Shown here one piece after another: positions 35,637 through 49,479 of a DNA stretch of 64,000 nucleotides; the stretch's first letter is position 1, and each line of letters opens with the position of its first letter. The position numbers and the translations under genes are program-made. The notes beneath the pieces were generated by a model that was not told the DNA's origin, did no database searches, and saw only the letters and a program-made list of their open reading frames with translations. Source of the DNA: Octopus sinensis (taxonomy: Eukaryota); NCBI RefSeq assembly GCF_006345805.1, contig NC_043010.1, positions 20,026,001 to 20,090,000 of the forward strand, written 5' to 3'.

Positions 35637-38265
35637 GTAAGTATTTACGTTTAAGTATCCTACCTTAATCCTTTCTCAAACAACTCAGCTCAACCGTCTG
35701 TCTGCTTTTCTTGTTTTAGAAGGGAAAAATCTCAAGATATATGTATGGAATGTATCATCATCGTCATCATCTGTTTCTTTACTACCCACAAGGGGCTAAA
35801 CACAGAGAAGACAAACAAGGACAGACAAACGGATTAAGTCGATTATATCGACCCCAGTGTGTAACTGGTACTTATTTAATCGACTCCGAAAGGCAAAGTT
35901 GACCTCGGTGGAATTTGAACTCAGAACGTAGTGGCAGATGAAATACTGCTAAGCATTTCATCCGGTGTGCTAACGATTCTGCCAGCTTGCCGACTTATAA
36001 TCATCATCATCATCATCACCATCGCCACCACCACCACCATCATCACCGCTACCCCCGCCACCACCACCATTTAATGCCTGTTTCCCCATGCTGTATTGGA
36101 CGGTCTGACAGGAGCTGGCAAGCCACATGTCCATGCCAACCACCACTGTCTGTTTTGGCACGATTTCTACAGCTGGATGCTCTTCCAAATACCAGCCATT
36201 TTAAAAAGAATGTACTCGGTGCTTTTTACATGACATCTGCACCAACGTATGTGTGTATATATAAATATCATCATCATTGTTTAACGTCTGCTTTCCATGC
36301 TAGCATGGATTGGATGGTTCAACCGGGGTCTGGGAAGCCAGGAGGCTGCACCAGGCTCCAGTCTGATCTAGCAGTGTTCCTACAGCTGGATGCTCTTCTC
36401 AATGCCAACCACTCCGTGAGTGTAGTGGATGCTTTTTACGTGCCACCGGCACAGGGGCCAGAGGAGGCTGGCAAACAGTCACGATCGGTTGGTGCTTTTT
36501 ACGTGTCACCAGCACAGAACTCAAGCACAGCAGGTCACGTGCCACCGGCACGGAATCCAGTTAAGGCAGTGCTGGCATTGGCCATGTTTGGTTGGTGCTT
36601 TTTACGTGCTGCCGGCACAGGTATCGCAACTACAATTTCCATTTGATATTTATTTTGATGTTGATGTACTCGACTCAATAGGTCTCCTCAAGCACAGCAG
36701 GTCGCCCTGCAATCCAAGGTACTTTGGATGGGCTGGGGCTATATATGTAATGTTTGTATTTATGTTTCTATATATGTACACACATTTGTTCATCAGAAGG
36801 AAGAGGACATCCAATCATCCTGGATGAAGCATGGCTGATGACTAATGCTGTGACTGTTCAAACTGAAGAAGAGTTGTGCACCCAACTTCACTTTCTCATC
36901 CTTGATCATCTTCAATCCAATGTGAAAACCAAGTCAAGCCAACTGGGGATGGAGACAAATGCAGTGGACAACCAAGATGTCTTTCATGCTTCCTTTTGTT
37001 CTCTGTGCTCCATTATGTGCTGCTGCAGTCACCTTTCTCTCTGTTCCCACACAGTGGAACTGAACCTGGAACTATGTGGTTGGGAAGCAAGCTTCTTACC
37101 ACACACACACACACCATCATCATCGTCATCGTTAAAGTCCGCTTTCCATGCTAGCATGGGTTGGACGATTTGACTGAGGACTGGCGAACCAGACTCCAAT
37201 CTGATCTGGCAGAGTTTCTACAGCTGGATGCCCTTCCTAACACCAACCACTCCGAGAGTGTAGTGGGTGCTTTTAAAGTGCCACCTGCATGAGGGCCAGT
37301 CTGGCAGTACTGGCAATGGCCACGCTCGGAAATGGTATTTTTTGTGTGCCACCTGCACAGGAATCAGTCCAGCAGCACTGGCAATGACTTCGCCCGAATG
37401 TTTTGTTCACGTGCCTCTGGCACAAGTGCCAGTGAGGCGATGCATATGATATATATTTATAAAAATAATGTGGGTGGCCCATTAGAAATTAAAACCTAAA
37501 GGCAAATTCATAGACAAAGGTACAAAATAGCATTGACATTGCTAGAAACAAGAGCCAAAAATGACTCAATTAGTCATGTGATATGGGTATGCCTGCCACC
37601 TCACTTGGGAGCTATTCTCATTATGGTACAGAGCTTTCTGGCTTCCTCTTTTATCCACTTATTAAGAAAGTGCTTTTTGTGGTTAATTGAGTTGTTTTGA
37701 CTCTTGTTTCTAGCAATGCTGGAATTATTTTGTACCCTTGTTTATATCATCATCATCATCGTCATCATCGTTTAACGTCCACTTTCCATGCTAGCATGGG
37801 TTGGACGATTTTGACTGAGGGCTGGCGAACCAGATGGCTGCACCAGGCTCCAATCTTGATCTGGCAGAGTTTCTACAGCTGGATGCCCTTCCTAACACTA
37901 ACCACTTCATGAGTGTAGTGGGTGCTTTTTACGTGCCATCGGCACAGGAGCCTGTCAAGGGGCACTGGCAATGACCTCGCTCGAATCTTTTTACACATGC
38001 CACTGGCACAGGTGCCAGTAAGGCGACGCTGGTAACAATCATGCTCGAATATATATATATATATTTTATTCTTTTATTTGTTTCAGTCGTTTGACTGTGG
38101 CCATGCTGGAGCACTGCCTTTAGTTGAGCAAATTGAACCCTGGACTTATTCTTTGTAAGCCTAGTACTTATTCTATCAGTCTGTTTTGCTAAACTGCTAA
38201 GTTACGGGGACTTAAACACACCATCAGTTGTCAAGTGATGTTGGGGGGACAAACACAGATACACA

Positions 38266-38330
<65 letters not shown>

Positions 38331-38708
38331 TGGGCTTCTTTCAGTTTCTGTCTAGCAAATCTACTCGCAAGGTTTTGGCAGGCCTGGGGTTATAGTAGAA
38401 GACACTTGCCCAAGTTGCCATGCAGTGGGAATGAACAAGGAACCATGTGGTTGTTAAGCTAGCTACTTACCACACAGCCACTTCTGTGAGAAAGAAGAAG
38501 CAAGAAAGCCCTGTACCATAGTGAGACAAACCCCCTAGTGAGGTGGCAGATATACCCATATCACGTAACTGGGTTGTTTTGGCTTTTGTTTATAGCAATG
38601 CTGGGGCTAGTTTGTACCCTTGTCAACATCATTAGTTATTTTTTCATATCATTAATTAGTCTTACGAATTCATTATATAATATTGATATTTGATCTCTTT
38701 TGATTTAG

Positions 38709-38796
38709 ATCTCTAATAAAGCTCAGCTGTTGGATTATCTTTATCCGAAGTTTGAAAAAGCCAACATAGCCAGGTTATGTCTAGAGATTGTCAAGG
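38709..38796 (+). CDS. NAGK: NAGK exon 7
   Basis: tttag/GTAAGT; ISNKAQLLDYLYPKFEKANIARLCLEIVK. Confidence 0.92.
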
Positions 38797-39934
38797 GTAA
38801 GTATGTTTTGCATAGAATCCATCTGAAACTTTTGTTTTTAACCAGCATCACCTCCTTTTTTAATGTTATCTACACACACAGTGCTTGAGGAGACCTATTG
38901 AGTCAAGTACATCAACATCAAAAAATCAAATGGAAATTGTAGTTGTGATACCTGTACTGGTGGCACGTAAAATGCACCGTCCGAATGTGGCTGATGCCAG
39001 CGCCACCTTGACTGGCTTCCGTGCTGGTGGCACGTAAAAAGCACCAACCAATCGTGGCCATTGCCAGCATTGCCTGGCCCCTGTGCCGGTGGCACGTAAT
39101 AAGCACGCACTACACTCACGGAATGGTCGGCATTAGGAAGGGCATCCAGCTGTAGAAACACTGCCAGATCAGACTGGAGCCTGGTGCAGCCTCCTGGCTT
39201 CCCAGACCCCGGTCGAACCGTCTAACCCGTGCTAGCATGGAAAACGGACGTTAAACGATGATGATGATGATGATGAATTTTATGTAAGAACCAATTTAAT
39301 GGTTTTTGAGATGACCCTAAGGCCTCAAAATTTTGAAGAAGGAGTCTGTTTACCCCAGTATTTGACTGGTGCTAATTTTATTGACCCCATAAAGATGAAA
39401 GGCAAAGTTGACCTCTGTGGAATGTGAACTCAGAATCTAAAGTCACATGACTAAATATCATCATTAGCATCAGTGTTTTACATCTGCTTTTCCATGATAG
39501 CATGTGTCAGATGGTTTCCCTGAAGCAGTGGTTTATGACCAGATGCACTTTCTGTTACCAGTCCTTTAGTAACCTCTTTCAGTACACAAGCACATGTGGT
39601 TTACCCATTCGAAAAGCAAGATGCCCATTCTAAAGACAATTAAATACATTTTGTCTACTGATGAAAGTTATTTTACTAATTCCTTCCAAATTCTTTATTA
39701 TTTTCAAAATGAATTGTAACACATAGGCAATGTTTTTCATTAGTTCTGGGTGGGGCAGGGTCACTGCATGTTTGGGGTCTTACACCATACACCTTCATGT
39801 ATGTGATCTGATCATAGTGGATGAAGCAGAGGCCGGTGTCCATCAGAAAATGGTTAGAGTGATATGAATTTGTGTTAATAATGTCTTCTTGAATCCCATC
39901 ACTCCTTAATTGTTTCATTTTTATTTTAATTTAG

Positions 39935-40035
39935 GAGCAAATGACCATAAAGATGCCCTTTGTTTACATCTTTTCAAAGAATGTGGCAAAATTCTAGCTG
40001 CCCATGTCAATGCCATAGGACCGAAGATAAATAAG
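39935..40035 (+). CDS. NAGK: NAGK exon 8
   Basis: ttag/GTAAAT; (G)ANDHKDALCLHLFKECGKILAAHVNAIGPKINK. Confidence 0.93.
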
Positions 40036-41256
40036 GTAAATAAATGACTCGTTAGCTAATCTCTTTGATCCTACTCAGGGTCGCCAGATCCAGACTACAA
40101 GATTTTCAAAATGATACGATTCTATTCAAATTTTAACCCATATATACCCATAAAAAAATGAAGTCTTAAAATTTCACTGTTTTTAGATTAAACGTCCTGG
40201 TAATCTTTCACAATCTAGAAGAGAAGGACAGGATGGAACTGTTAGCTACGGGTGTCGACTACCAACTGAGCCTTTCATAGGCTCAGTCAGATGCTTCCCA
40301 GAGAGTTCATGTCCAAACAAGTAGAAGCAGGTGTTGCATTGCGAAAACGCAACCAGGGGTATATGTAGGTTAATTTAGATTAATTGGTATTTTGAAATTT
40401 CAATTTTAAAATGTAGCTGTCACTTTAGATATTACATTAATTTAAGTGGTGGGAACATAAACCTGCCAAAGTAATAAAAAAATAAACATATCACCTTTCA
40501 TTGGGACTTTAGAATTCAAACTGATTGTGCTATTCAGATGAATGGAGCAGGTATTGTAGTGGAAAATCGTGTTGACAAAATGTGTCTGCTCATAGAAATG
40601 TCGATCCCAGCAGACTGCAGTCCTTCTCTAAAACGTTTGAGAAGTTAAGTATATATACGGACCTTGAAATAGAGATCTCAGAAGCCTGGTACTAATTTTA
40701 TTGGTCTCTTTTGCTGAACGGCTAAGTTAAGGGGGCGTGAATACACCAGCACTAATTGTCAAGTGGTGGTGGGAGACAAACACACGTACACGCACGAACG
40801 CGTGTGTATACATTGTATACACCTGATTTTCTCCCCTCCATACACACGCAAGAATATATCTGACTCATACACTGTTCACTTCCCAGACACTTGTACATTA
40901 CTGCATATGCTTTATACGCACTTTCGACAAGTTGTGGTGCACCTGAGCACTGTATATAATAATTTCATTATTATTATTTTTATATATGACAAGCTTCTTT
41001 CAGTTTCATTCTAAGGCTTTGGTCGGACCGTGGCTATAGCAGAAGACACTTGTCCAAAGTGCCTCGGAGTGGGACTGAACCCCGGAACTATGTGGTTAGA
41101 AAACAAGCTTTTTACCCCAGTGCCACGCCTGCGTCTGATGGAAATATTGAAACAGACATGTATGTGATTTTTACAAGTTATCTCCCCTTCTAATTTCAAA
41201 CCCATTTCAAAGGAAAGACAATTTTTATAAATCAAGAATTAATACCATATCGAGTA

Positions 41257-41817
41257 CTAGCAGTATCGCCCAGCTTTGCTCGGGTTTGTTTTAACCCTTT
41301 AGAATTGGAATTTTTGAAAAGTAAAAATTTTGCATTATAAAGCTTGTTATTCTCTTTAAGTGAACATTTTTCTGGTTGAAATACACCGAAAAATGGCGAC
41401 ACAGCAGTCAAAAATCATAAAAAACAGGTATTTTCATAGAAAAAAAAAGCACCTTTTTGATGTAAATAATTTTTGGTGTTAACATGGTCTGATTTGAATT
41501 TTTGAAAAATAAAAATTTTGTATTATGTAGCTTGTTATTCTCTTTAAGGGAACATTTTTCTGGTTGAAATACACCGTAAAATGGTGACAAAGCAGTAAAA
41601 AAATCGTAAAAAATAGGGATTTTCATAGAAAAAAAGCACCTTTTTGATGTAAATAATTTTTGGTGTTAACATGGTCCGATTTGAAGAAGAGCAAGCCTTT
41701 GAAGGAAGAGCAAGCCTTCTTCTATCAACTTGCGCCGCAGGGTCTCAGAGGAGATGGTGTTAGTTGAAGGCTACCTAACTTGTCATACACAGACAACTTC
41801 AGCTTTATATAGAGAGA
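41257..41817 (-). mobile_element. Non-autonomous Helitron
   Basis: 5' TC, 3' hairpin cccgagcaaagctggg then CTAG, A/T target; internal duplication; in NAGK intron 8. Confidence 0.8.
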
Positions 41818-43398
41818 TATTTAGATGAGCATGAAATGAAAATGTGATCAGCCAAAGTAATGTGTCACTGTTTTATTTGATTGGCAAGCTGAAACAACAG
41901 CTTGAGAGATGGATTTATTTTGGTGAATTGGGAAGTGGAGCTCCGATCCACTGCACAACGGCTAACATTTTGTTTATATTAACCACCTTCATGGGATACG
42001 TAGAAGACGTATTATGAAATTAAATGCATTATATCTTTGGATTTAGGTCTTATCTCCAAGCTTTACCATTATTTTGATGCTGATGTACAATCATTCTGAA
42101 TCATAGTTGTTTTACTGTCTACTTTTCCATGTTTGTTTTGGTGAGACGAAACTCATTAAGGTAGAATTTCTAAGGCCAGATGCTCTACTTGTCGATCCTC
42201 TCTTGTTTCCAAACAAAGAAATATTTCTTCTATGCCTTCGAATATGAACAGGGCAGTGTTTGTGTGTGTGTGTGTGTGTGTATCCATCCATCCATCTATC
42301 TATATATATAGTCCAACCCATGCCAGCATGGAAAGCGGACGTTAAATGATGATGATATATAATATGATGATGATGATGTGTCTACCAGATCACTCACAAG
42401 GCTTTGGTCAGTCCAAGACTCCCATGCTCTAGCAAAAAGATGCTTGTTCTAGGGGCAGTGCCAGATATGAGAGCCTTCTGCAGGATTGCAGGGAGAAGGG
42501 GTGGCAGGTATGGCTTTTCCTAGTTGAGGTTGGCTGTATGGGATTTCCTGCTCAGTCGGCATAGAGGATGCTTACAACAATTGGAATGAGAGGTAAAGCG
42601 CGATGGGTTTGCTGTGCGTGGGACGGGAGGGCCAGCTGAAAGAGCCTCTTGCTGGCTTTGGTGTAAGAGAGAAGAGTTTAGCTGGAAGCTAGGAGGAGAA
42701 GAGGAGTAGTGACTTGGCCACCTCTGCTGACCTGCCAATGGGAGGGTGTTACGGTTTAGGGTTGAAACACTTGATGAACATTGGATACCATCTGATGACA
42801 TCAGTTCATCCTGGCCAAGGCTCCATCCACTTTGATGAATGGAAAAAGCATTTCTTTATAGGTGTTATTAACATATAACTTTCTCAATCGGAGACCCCCG
42901 TCGGTCACGAATGACCATGGGATTGCACCTAGAAAGTTACCCTCCGAGGTACAAGGCCAGACAAGGCTGTTCATGGGAGGCCAGCAGTCACCCATGCATA
43001 TCAGCCTCCTCTCTTCAAGCCACCAATGATATCCAAGGGAAAGGCAAAGGCTGATACAGCTTGGCACCAGTGACATCGCAACTCACTTCTACAGCTGAGT
43101 TAACTGGAGTAACATGAAATAAAGTGTCTTGCTCAAGAACACAACACACAGCCCTCTCCAGGATTCAAACTCCCAACCTCATGGTCATAAGTTCAACACT
43201 CTAACCACTGAACCATGTGCCTTCACTAACTTTCTAGATACACCATGCATTAAAGAAAATGTTATGTTGGATGGAAAATCCTTGCTTTTAATCATTGACT
43301 GAAACTGATGAACACCTTCATATCCTCCAAGACCAAATAATGGTCTAGAAACTCTGGTTTCTCCAAGAGCAAATAATGCCATTTCCTTTCTGTTTTAG

Positions 43399-43477
43399 GA
43401 TTTACTGAAATGTTCTGATGGCCTACAGATTGTCTGTGTTGGTTCAATATGGAAGAGCTGGAAATTTCTAGAAGAAG
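43399..43477 (+). CDS. NAGK: NAGK exon 9
   Basis: tttag/GTAAGT; DLLKCSDGLQIVCVGSIWKSWKFLEE (human LPILCVGSVWKSWELLKE). Confidence 0.96.
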
Positions 43478-44400
43478 GTAAGTTAGCTGACATCAGAAAT
43501 ATTTAATAATATTACAATTACCATTTTAATTTGCATTTCTTCATGTTGGTATTGGCAATGTGGATCTGCTGTAATCAGAAATATCCATTAGAATATCAAT
43601 ATTCACAAATTTGAAGAATTTTAATTTCCAAAGATTATCTAATTTTTCAAAACTAAGTTATATTTTCTAAAAGAATAAAGAAATTAATTTTTCAAGGAAA
43701 AATATATATATTCACAAAAAGTAAATATTTGTTTTTCAAAGTTGTAAGCAGAAGTGATTTTGTGTCATACTTCCAAGGCTTTAGTTTTACCATTTTTCTG
43801 TTGAAATGCACTCTCTGCCTTTGTTTTAATTTTAATTTTGAAAATAATGAAAAATTTAGTAGAATAACATTGACATTGTCAAGCTGATGTTTGGAGTATA
43901 AATTAACATAAATTAACATAAAATTTTGATGGAAGAACGTTTTAATTGAAATGACTTTAAAAGAGGAGGTTTGCCTCATGGAGTTAGGAATGGTATCAGA
44001 CATGTTGGCATTAAAAGAATTAAACAAAACTATTTTGTCTTGTAATATTAAGTCAACAGATGGCGGCAAGCTGGCAGAATTGTTATTGTTGGGTAGAATG
44101 CTTAGCGGCATTTCATTTGTCTTTACGTTCTGAGTTTGAATTCCATGACGTTGACATTGTCTTTCATCCTTTCAGGATTGATAAAATAAGTACCAGTTGA
44201 CTACTAAGGTTAATGTAATCGACTTACCCCACTTCCAAAATTGCTGGCTTTGTGCCAAAACTTGAAATGAATACTGAATCAACAGCTTGCATTCCAATTT
44301 CAAACCCATGTCTATTTAAGTCACAAATATATAAAAAAATACTTTGAAATATTTGGTGTTGGTTTTTCTATTTCTTTTTCAACAGACAAATATAATTAAA

Positions 44401-44790
44401 CTAGCAGTATCGCCCGGCGTTGTTCAGGTTTCCTTTGACCCTTTAGAATTGGAATTTTTGAAAAGTAAAAATTTTGTATTATGTAGCTTGTTATTCTCTT
44501 TAAGGAAACATTTTTCTGGTTGAAATACACCGTAAAATGGCGACAAAGTAGTAAAAAAATCGTAATAAATAGGGATTTTCTTAGAAAAAAAGCACCTTTT
44601 TGATGTAAATAATTTTTGGTGTTAACATGGTCCGATTTGAATTTTTTCTTCAACGGAAGGAAGAGCAAGCCTTCTTCTATCATACTCTCAATTTTGGTCA
44701 ACTTGCGCTACAGGGTCTTGGAAGAGATAGTGTTAATTGAAGGCTACAAAACCTGCCATACACAGACAACTTCAGCTTTATATACATAGA
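44401..44790 (-). mobile_element. Non-autonomous Helitron (same family as 41257-41817)
   Basis: 5' TC, 3' hairpin + CTAG; in NAGK intron 9. Confidence 0.75.
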
Positions 44791-44854
44791 AATATTTTTT
44801 TTCTATTCGCATAAATTATAATATTAATGAGGAACATTTAACTCTTTGTTGTAG

Positions 44855-45036
44855 GTTTTGTTGCTGAGCTTCGTTCTGTTCAGTCAAAACAGCAGATTAT
44901 TTCAAAAGTTTCTATGCTGCAACTCAGAGTAAGTGGAGCAATTGGTGCCACATACCTTGGTGCTAAAACCGTTGGCCATTTATTGCCTCTCGACTATAAA
45001 ACTAATGCCAATACACTTTCTAACTTTACAATATAA
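44855..45036 (+). CDS. NAGK: NAGK terminal exon 10
   Basis: gtag acceptor; GFVAELRS...SGAIGATYLGAKTVGHLLPLDYKTNANTLSNFTI then TAA; the ten exons sum to 1035 nt = 344 aa + stop, the length of human NAGK. Confidence 0.95.
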
Positions 45037-45109
45037 ATTTCTTTGTATCAGAGACGTTTATTAAAAAAAATACTGGATGTCGGTTTATTTTTTTTCATTC
45101 TAAAGTGTT

Positions 45110-45115
45110 AATAAA
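45110..45115 (+). terminator. Candidate NAGK polyadenylation signal AATAAA
   Basis: AATAAA 74 nt after the stop codon. Confidence 0.5.
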
Positions 45116-45282
45116 AATTACGTGGAAATATATAAAAACAGATGTTGTGTTTTACTTGTTTCAGTCATGAGACTCTGGCCATGCTGGTGCATCACCTTCA
45201 AGAATTCTTAGTTGAATGAGTGGTACTTATTCTATTTGTGAAACTGCCAGTTGTCAGGCGGTGGTGGGAGAGAACCAAAGAT

Positions 45283-45337
<55 letters not shown>

Positions 45338-45548
45338 ACACATGCACACATGAACACGTCAAGGTCACCAGCCCTCTTCCACACGCACATACATACTCTC
45401 TTATACACACGCACGTGCACCTTCATTTTGGGATCACCACTAATTTATTATCTCCCCTTCTTCCTAGCCCACCTGTGTGACTCCTCTGCCTGGCATTCAC
45501 CATGATAGATCGCTAGCCACTACACATTCTTTATTTTCTCTCCTTGTT

Positions 45549-45586
45549 TCTTTCTGTGGAAGCGCGTAGGCTCAAAATGTTAAAGA
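45549..45586 (+). ncRNA. Degenerate hammerhead, family 3 (U6, A12), probably inactive
   Basis: ucuuu-CUGUGGA-A-GCGCguagGCUC-AAAA-UG-UU-aaaga. Confidence 0.4.
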
Positions 45587-45684
45587 CTTTTTCACTTCTT
45601 GAGTGTTAAACAAACACATCTGCTTGTTGTGTACACCACCTGTCTTTGCCTTTTGTTTTTTTGTGAATTCTCCCATTATATATA

Positions 45685-45734
<50 letters not shown>

Positions 45735-46039
45735 CACGTGAAAAAACATTCGAGCGAGGTTGTTGCCAGTGTCGCTGGACTAGCTCCTGTGCAGGTTGCA
45801 CTTAAAAGACACCATTTAAACGTGGCCGTTGCCAGTAATGCCTGACTGGCCCTCATGCCGGTGGCACGTAAAAAGCACTCACTACAATCCCGGAGTGGTT
45901 GGCATTAGGAAGGGCATCCAGCTGAAGAAACTTTGCCAAATCAAGATTGGAGCCTGGTGCAGCCATCTGGTTCACCAGTCCTCAGTCAAATTGTCCAACC
46001 CATGCTAGCATGGAAAGCAGACGTTAAACGATGATGATG

Positions 46040-46074
<35 letters not shown>

Positions 46075-46098
46075 AATATATATGTATATATATATATG

Positions 46099-46130
<32 letters not shown>

Positions 46131-46442
46131 ATATATATATATATGAATATATATATGTATATATGAATATATATACCTGTCGTGCAGGTGGCACGTAAAA
46201 AGCACCCACTACACTCACGGAGTGGTTGGCGTTAGGAAGGGCATCCAGCTGTAGAAACATTGCCAGATAAGACTGGAGCCTGGTGCAGCCTTCTGGCTTC
46301 CCAGATCCCCGGTCGAACCGTCCAACCCATGCTAACATGGAGAACGGACGTTAAACGATGATGATGATGATGTATATATGAATATATATATATACATATA
46401 TATATATATATGAATATGTATATATATATGTATATATATATA

Positions 46443-47737
46443 CTAGCAGAATTGCCCGGCGATGCTCGGGGCTGAATTGCTTGAAAGTACTGTTAATGAT
46501 TGCACTGAATTATGAGGATTATTCAGTGAAACATGACCTTACTAGGAACTGGAACCTCCGAAATATGAAAGGTAGGTCTGCTCCTATGGGAAAAGATGCA
46601 TCCTAGGTATGAGCACAACGTTGCCTTGACCGCACCCTGTGATAATGGTGGCCTCAATCAGATTGGGAGATAAGGACTTAACGATGAAACGTGTGCCATT
46701 GCATTGTTTTGGGGGAACCAAATTTCTAATGAGCATTATAGGGGCACCAACTTTAAGTTTGAGAATGTGTGGTGGTAGTCCGGGGTGCTCAAAGGAATTG
46801 AGTACCTCTATTGGATAGTTGATGACGTCCTCTGGGTCAGGAGTTATATCGATAGACTCATATACATAGACATCCCCAGGAATGAGTTTTAGCATTTCAT
46901 CATTAATATGGTGAACAGTTTTATTCCTCGGGGCCAGAATAGCCCTTTGGCCAATCCAATCCATATTCTGATAATTAGCTTATAGATCTGGGAATACTGT
47001 ATCTCTGAGATCAGAAGGCGTTTTAACAATGGTACAAATGGAATCGATGGCAATATTACCATTTTCATCCCCTGGTATTTTGCCTTCGCCAAGTGCAAGG
47101 AGGGTGTGAGAAAATGCTGTTGATGTGATATCACGTCGCTTATGAGCATGCATATTGGTGTGAAGTTTGAGAGTCTTCACCAGTGGCCACAATGTGGATG
47201 ACTTAAGACACGCACTTACTGCATCAGCTGTAGTCCCTTTGGGAATAACGGGAAGTGTTTGTCGGAAGTCCCCTGAAAGAAGAAGTGTTATGCCTCCCAT
47301 GAGAGCTGAAGAGTGTTTGATGTCTCTGAGAGATCTATCTAGTGCCTCAAGAGCACGTCTGTGGGCCATCGTGCATTCATCCCAAACGATAAGCTTGCAT
47401 CGTCTGAAGACTTCTGCCTGATCGGTGCTGTTACTGATGTTGCAAGTTGGTGTCTCAGTCTTCGCTAAGTCAAGCGGGAGCTAGAAAGTGAAGTGAGCTG
47501 TCCTGCCGCCTGGCAACAAAGTAGCCGCAATGCCTTGTGTTCGCCTAATCTCAGCCAATATTAATTTGTTGACAAAAGTTTTCCCAGTGCCCCCAGGAGC
47601 GTCCAGGAAAAAAATCCCCCCAGCTTTGGCCCGGACTGAATTAACAACGGAGTTGTAAGCGAACTTCTGTTCTGGAAGGAGCTTTGGCTCATTGTCGGCT
47701 ATGTACTCAGCAAGCTCATCAACATTAAAACATGTCT
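46443..47737 (-). mobile_element. Helitron remnant encoding PIF1-like helicase (pseudogenised)
   Basis: Three ORFs in one frame separated by stops: LDAPGGTGKTF (Walker A), IVWDECTM (Walker B), LSGDFRQTLPV, GLPPHILKLKVGAPIMLIRNL..CNGTR; 3' hairpin cccgagcatcgccggg + CTAG at 46443. Confidence 0.92.
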
Positions 47738-48934
47738 CACGCAGCAAATGTGAAGACAGAGTGTTTGTGCCTACACATGCCAAGTCACCACATAGTGGGA
47801 CTGAACCCAGGACCATGTGTTTGGAACGTAGTTTGTTACCACACAGCCACACCTGCCACTATGTATGTGAGTGTGTGTGTGTGTGTGCGTATGTGTGTAT
47901 GGGTAGATATATTATGCATGTATATATGTGTACATATTACATGTACATCTATATATATACATCTACACATAAAATACAAAATACAAAGTTATATCTTGAT
48001 ATCGCTAGTGATAACAATACTCAAAATATATAACATACTGGAATTGTAGGCCTGTCTCTTGCAATTTCGATCAATTGGATCTTGTCCTCCCTCTTGTATA
48101 GAAGTGTACGGCTGCAGCGAAATTCATTTTTGGACTTTCTTCTATCGAAGGCATTTTAACAAAAATGCTGCTGTAAAGACGGTGAAAATATTGTCAATTT
48201 CCCCAAACAGGGACACAATTCAATTTTTAATCAATAACCAAAGCTCCTTCTCCGAAAGGGGGAGGGTTACGGTTTACAATTATTTAACAAATGCAACACA
48301 ACAATGTTTCCCTGATGAGGAACCAACAAACGTAATTACAATAGTCAAACAGTAATAATAATAACAACAAACCTTTTTAATTTATCCCCATTTATGTGAA
48401 ACCACTTATTCAAGTTCAAGTCATTGATGCAATTTTATACGAATTGCTAATACACACACACACACACATAATAAGGGTGAAAAATTGAATATTAATTTGA
48501 TTAATATGAATTGAAAACCAGTGGTGTAGCATATAAGACCATAGCGGATCTTCCGCTAGCAAAAAGGATGACCAGTATTAATGGCTCATCCCTGTTATAT
48601 AAATACTTTCACTTTAATTGTTGCACACTTGCAAAGAGAAAGTAGGAGAAACTGTTATGGTAATGGAAGGAGTGAAGCACTTGAAATGAAAGAGGCAAAT
48701 CGTAAAATATTGAGTTTTCTCGAATTTTTGCTTAATTGGTGGTGAAATTGAAAAAACTTTACATGCCATGACCCAATCAAATCTACTTGGAAAAATCATA
48801 GGTAAATTCCAATTCAAGAAATTCTATATTGTAGAATTGTATTAAATTGAAACATGGGAACAGGCAGAGAAAATCTGCCTTTTATCATAAGAGATGAATA
48901 TGTATATATATATGTATATATATATATATATGTG

Positions 48935-48965
<31 letters not shown>

Positions 48966-49002
48966 ATGTATATATATATGTATGTGTGTATATATATATA
49001 TA

Positions 49003-49045
<43 letters not shown>

Positions 49046-49149
49046 GTATATATATATATATACATATCTATATATATATATGTATAATACATATATATCT
49101 ATATATATATACATATATATCTATATATGTATATACATATATATCTATA

Positions 49150-49214
<65 letters not shown>

Positions 49215-49310
49215 CAGGAAAGTTTACGAAAATAAACAAAAGACGAAAGCAGGTGGAGTACAAACGAACAAATGTATTAGTATAGCGCTCAGGAATAGAA
49301 ATAGAAAAAG

Positions 49311-49348
49311 TCTTTTACGTTTTGAGCGTAGGCTCTTCGATAGAAAGA
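49311..49348 (-). ncRNA. Degenerate hammerhead, family 3 (U6, A12), probably inactive
   Basis: ucuuu-CUAUCGA-A-GAGCcuacGCUC-AAAA-CG-UA-aaaga. Confidence 0.45.
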
Positions 49349-49435
49349 TACACAGAAATGTATATATATATATATACATATGTATACATATATATATATA
49401 TATGTATACATATATATATATATACATATATATGT

Positions 49436-49478
<43 letters not shown>

Positions 49479-49479
<1 letters not shown>

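Noticed and set aside
48312-48340. CTGATGA as a further hammerhead (also 3364-3370)
   Set aside because: No GAAA at the right distance and no stem I pairing
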